64,000 nucleotides of DNA, taken from the NCBI GenBank assembly GCA_010909165.1, contig MU008183.1, forward strand, positions 248,001-312,000, written 5' to 3'. The DNA comes from Anthoceros angustus (taxonomy: Eukaryota > Plantae > Anthocerotophyta). How positions within the stretch are numbered: position 1 is the stretch's first letter; every line of letters starts with the position of its first letter. The translations under genes were made by a program, and so were the position numbers. Below, piece after piece: positions 62,876 through 64,000 of the stretch. Below the pieces are notes generated by a model. The model was not told where the DNA came from. It saw only the letters and a program-made list of their open reading frames with translations, and did not search any database.

Positions 62876-63999
62876 GCATGCAGAACACCTTCATCCCACT
62901 TGCCAGAATAAGGTTTTTGAGCTTCATGATCCGGATGGTGCTCAAACTCATGAAATGAGTCAATCTTAATAGATACCACGACCGGTGTGTTCCTCACAAG
63001 CTCTTTCATATGTGGGATACTCACGTTGAAAAAGTTCATGAAATCAACTTTTTGTGTTAAGACATTGCGCGGGCCACGGGGATTTTGGTGACGGCCATCT
63101 GAATGATATGGACAATTCTTTGCCAAAATTACTCCATGTTCCTTTACATACTCCATTACATCGTGGTAAAATACTCCATATTTGCATGGTATGCTCACTT
63201 GTTCAGGGAGCTCTTCATTGAGAGCTACCAAATCCTCATGGAAAGGTGTGATGGTTTGCTGGATGTAGCTCCTAGGTTGCCAATGGTCGATGTAATCTTG
63301 CACTGAAAGTTCTAATGGAGGAGAACAATATTTAATAGATATAGCAGCACAAATAGCAGTCATGATTGCAACAACCACACATGTGTTGCAACAGCCCTGG
63401 TTAAGGACAGGAGGCAAAACGTTTATCTTTCTCCAATCCCATACATTCGTCTTTCTCCAATCCCAAATATTGTCATAAGGAGTATCCCAAACAGGGTCAT
63501 AATGAGTGCTTAGATTGCTTTCTTTGCTTCTCCTTTTGTGAAAGGCCTTTTGCCGTTCTCTTCGTGTCTTATCTCCTTGAGGAGTATCCCAAACATAGTC
63601 AAAAGGAGTCCTCTCCCCCCAAGGAGTATCCCATACCTCGTCAAAAGGAGTCCTCTTCCTCCAAGGAGTATCCCATACCTCGTCATAATGAGTTCTTCTT
63701 GGGTGATTACTTCCTTTGCTTTCTTTGCTTCTCATGTTGTGAAAAGCCTTATGCTGTTGGGGAACCGTGGCTTGTGTCTCTCTACGGCTGCCGCCGGTGG
63801 CTCTTGTGAATTTGTCAATGGCACTACGCCGTGTTTTCTCTCCTTGAGGAGCATTCCAAACATCATCATAGTGAGTATTTCCCCCCCAAGGAGTGTCCCG
63901 AACATGGTCACAAGGAGTCCTTACATTGCTTTTTTTGCTTCTTCTTCTTCCTGTCTCCTTAACATTGTCACAAGGAATCCTTGGATTGTTCTTTTTGCT
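62695..63999 (-). CDS. Atypical papain-like (C1A) cysteine protease with a repeat-rich basic N-terminal extension; frame open to the window edge
   Basis: WDWRK, NQGCCNTCV (catalytic Cys kept, following Trp replaced by Val), [33 protein letters not shown]. Hand translation shows no stop from 63736 to 63999, so the true start is upstream of the window. Confidence 0.85.
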   Translation of the reverse strand, partial: SKKNNPRIPCDNVKETGRRRSKKSNVRTPCDHVRDTPWGGNTHYDDVWNAPQGEKTRRSAIDKFTRATGGSRRETQATVPQQHKAFHNMRSKESKGSNHPRRTHYDEVWDTPWRKRTPFDEVWDTPWGERTPFDYVWDTPQGDKTRRERQKAFHKRRSKESNLSTHYDPVWDTPYDNIWDWRKTNVWDWRKINVLPPVLNQGCCNTCVVVAIMTAICAAISIKYCSPPLELSVQDYIDHWQPRSYIQQTITPFHEDLVALNEELPEQVSIPCKYGVFYHDVMEYVKEHGVILAKNCPYHSDGRHQNPRGPRNVLTQKVDFMNFFNVSIPHMKELVRNTPVVVSIKIDSFHEFEHHPDHEAQKPYSGKWDEGVLHAVLVVGFDKDVWILRNSWGEKWGENGYFRINFADYASGIYNTICIDHPLNLTYVLKYTYI

Positions 64000-64000
64000 T

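Overview
Early land-plant nuclear DNA, probably hornwort. Evidence for the lineage: a DYW:KP/GRP-type PPR editing factor and a compact, short-intron ARK gene; a fern or lycophyte is not excluded. The sequence is indel-rich, so many frameshifts may be long-read consensus errors. Host-type genes: an ankyrin-PGG transmembrane gene (runs off the left end), an intronless PLS-PPR-E-DYW:KP gene ending in GRP, an A1 aspartic protease, a spliced J-domain gene, an armadillo-repeat kinesin (ARK) and an atypical papain-like protease (runs off the right end). The 3.6-36.8 kb block is mostly transposons: a non-autonomous Athila-type LTR element with ATAGA TSD and tRNA-Asp PBS, a 222-bp satellite abutting an AT-rich truncated kinase, CRE-clade non-LTR retrotransposons, a Copia relic and several 0.3-2.7 kb tandem duplications. 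A pogo transposase lies at 42-44 kb. The most striking system is a ~9-kb putative DNA transposon (about 16.4-25.4 kb). It has a Sola-like DD(D/E) transposase on the minus strand and, divergently, a ParB-like plus bacterial beta-class N4C/N6A DNA methyltransferase-like gene; its introns, intergenic region and ends are loaded with GCGCGC motifs. Second is the candidate U-to-C editing PPR, which carries an N-terminal OSB-type PDF ssDNA-binding motif.
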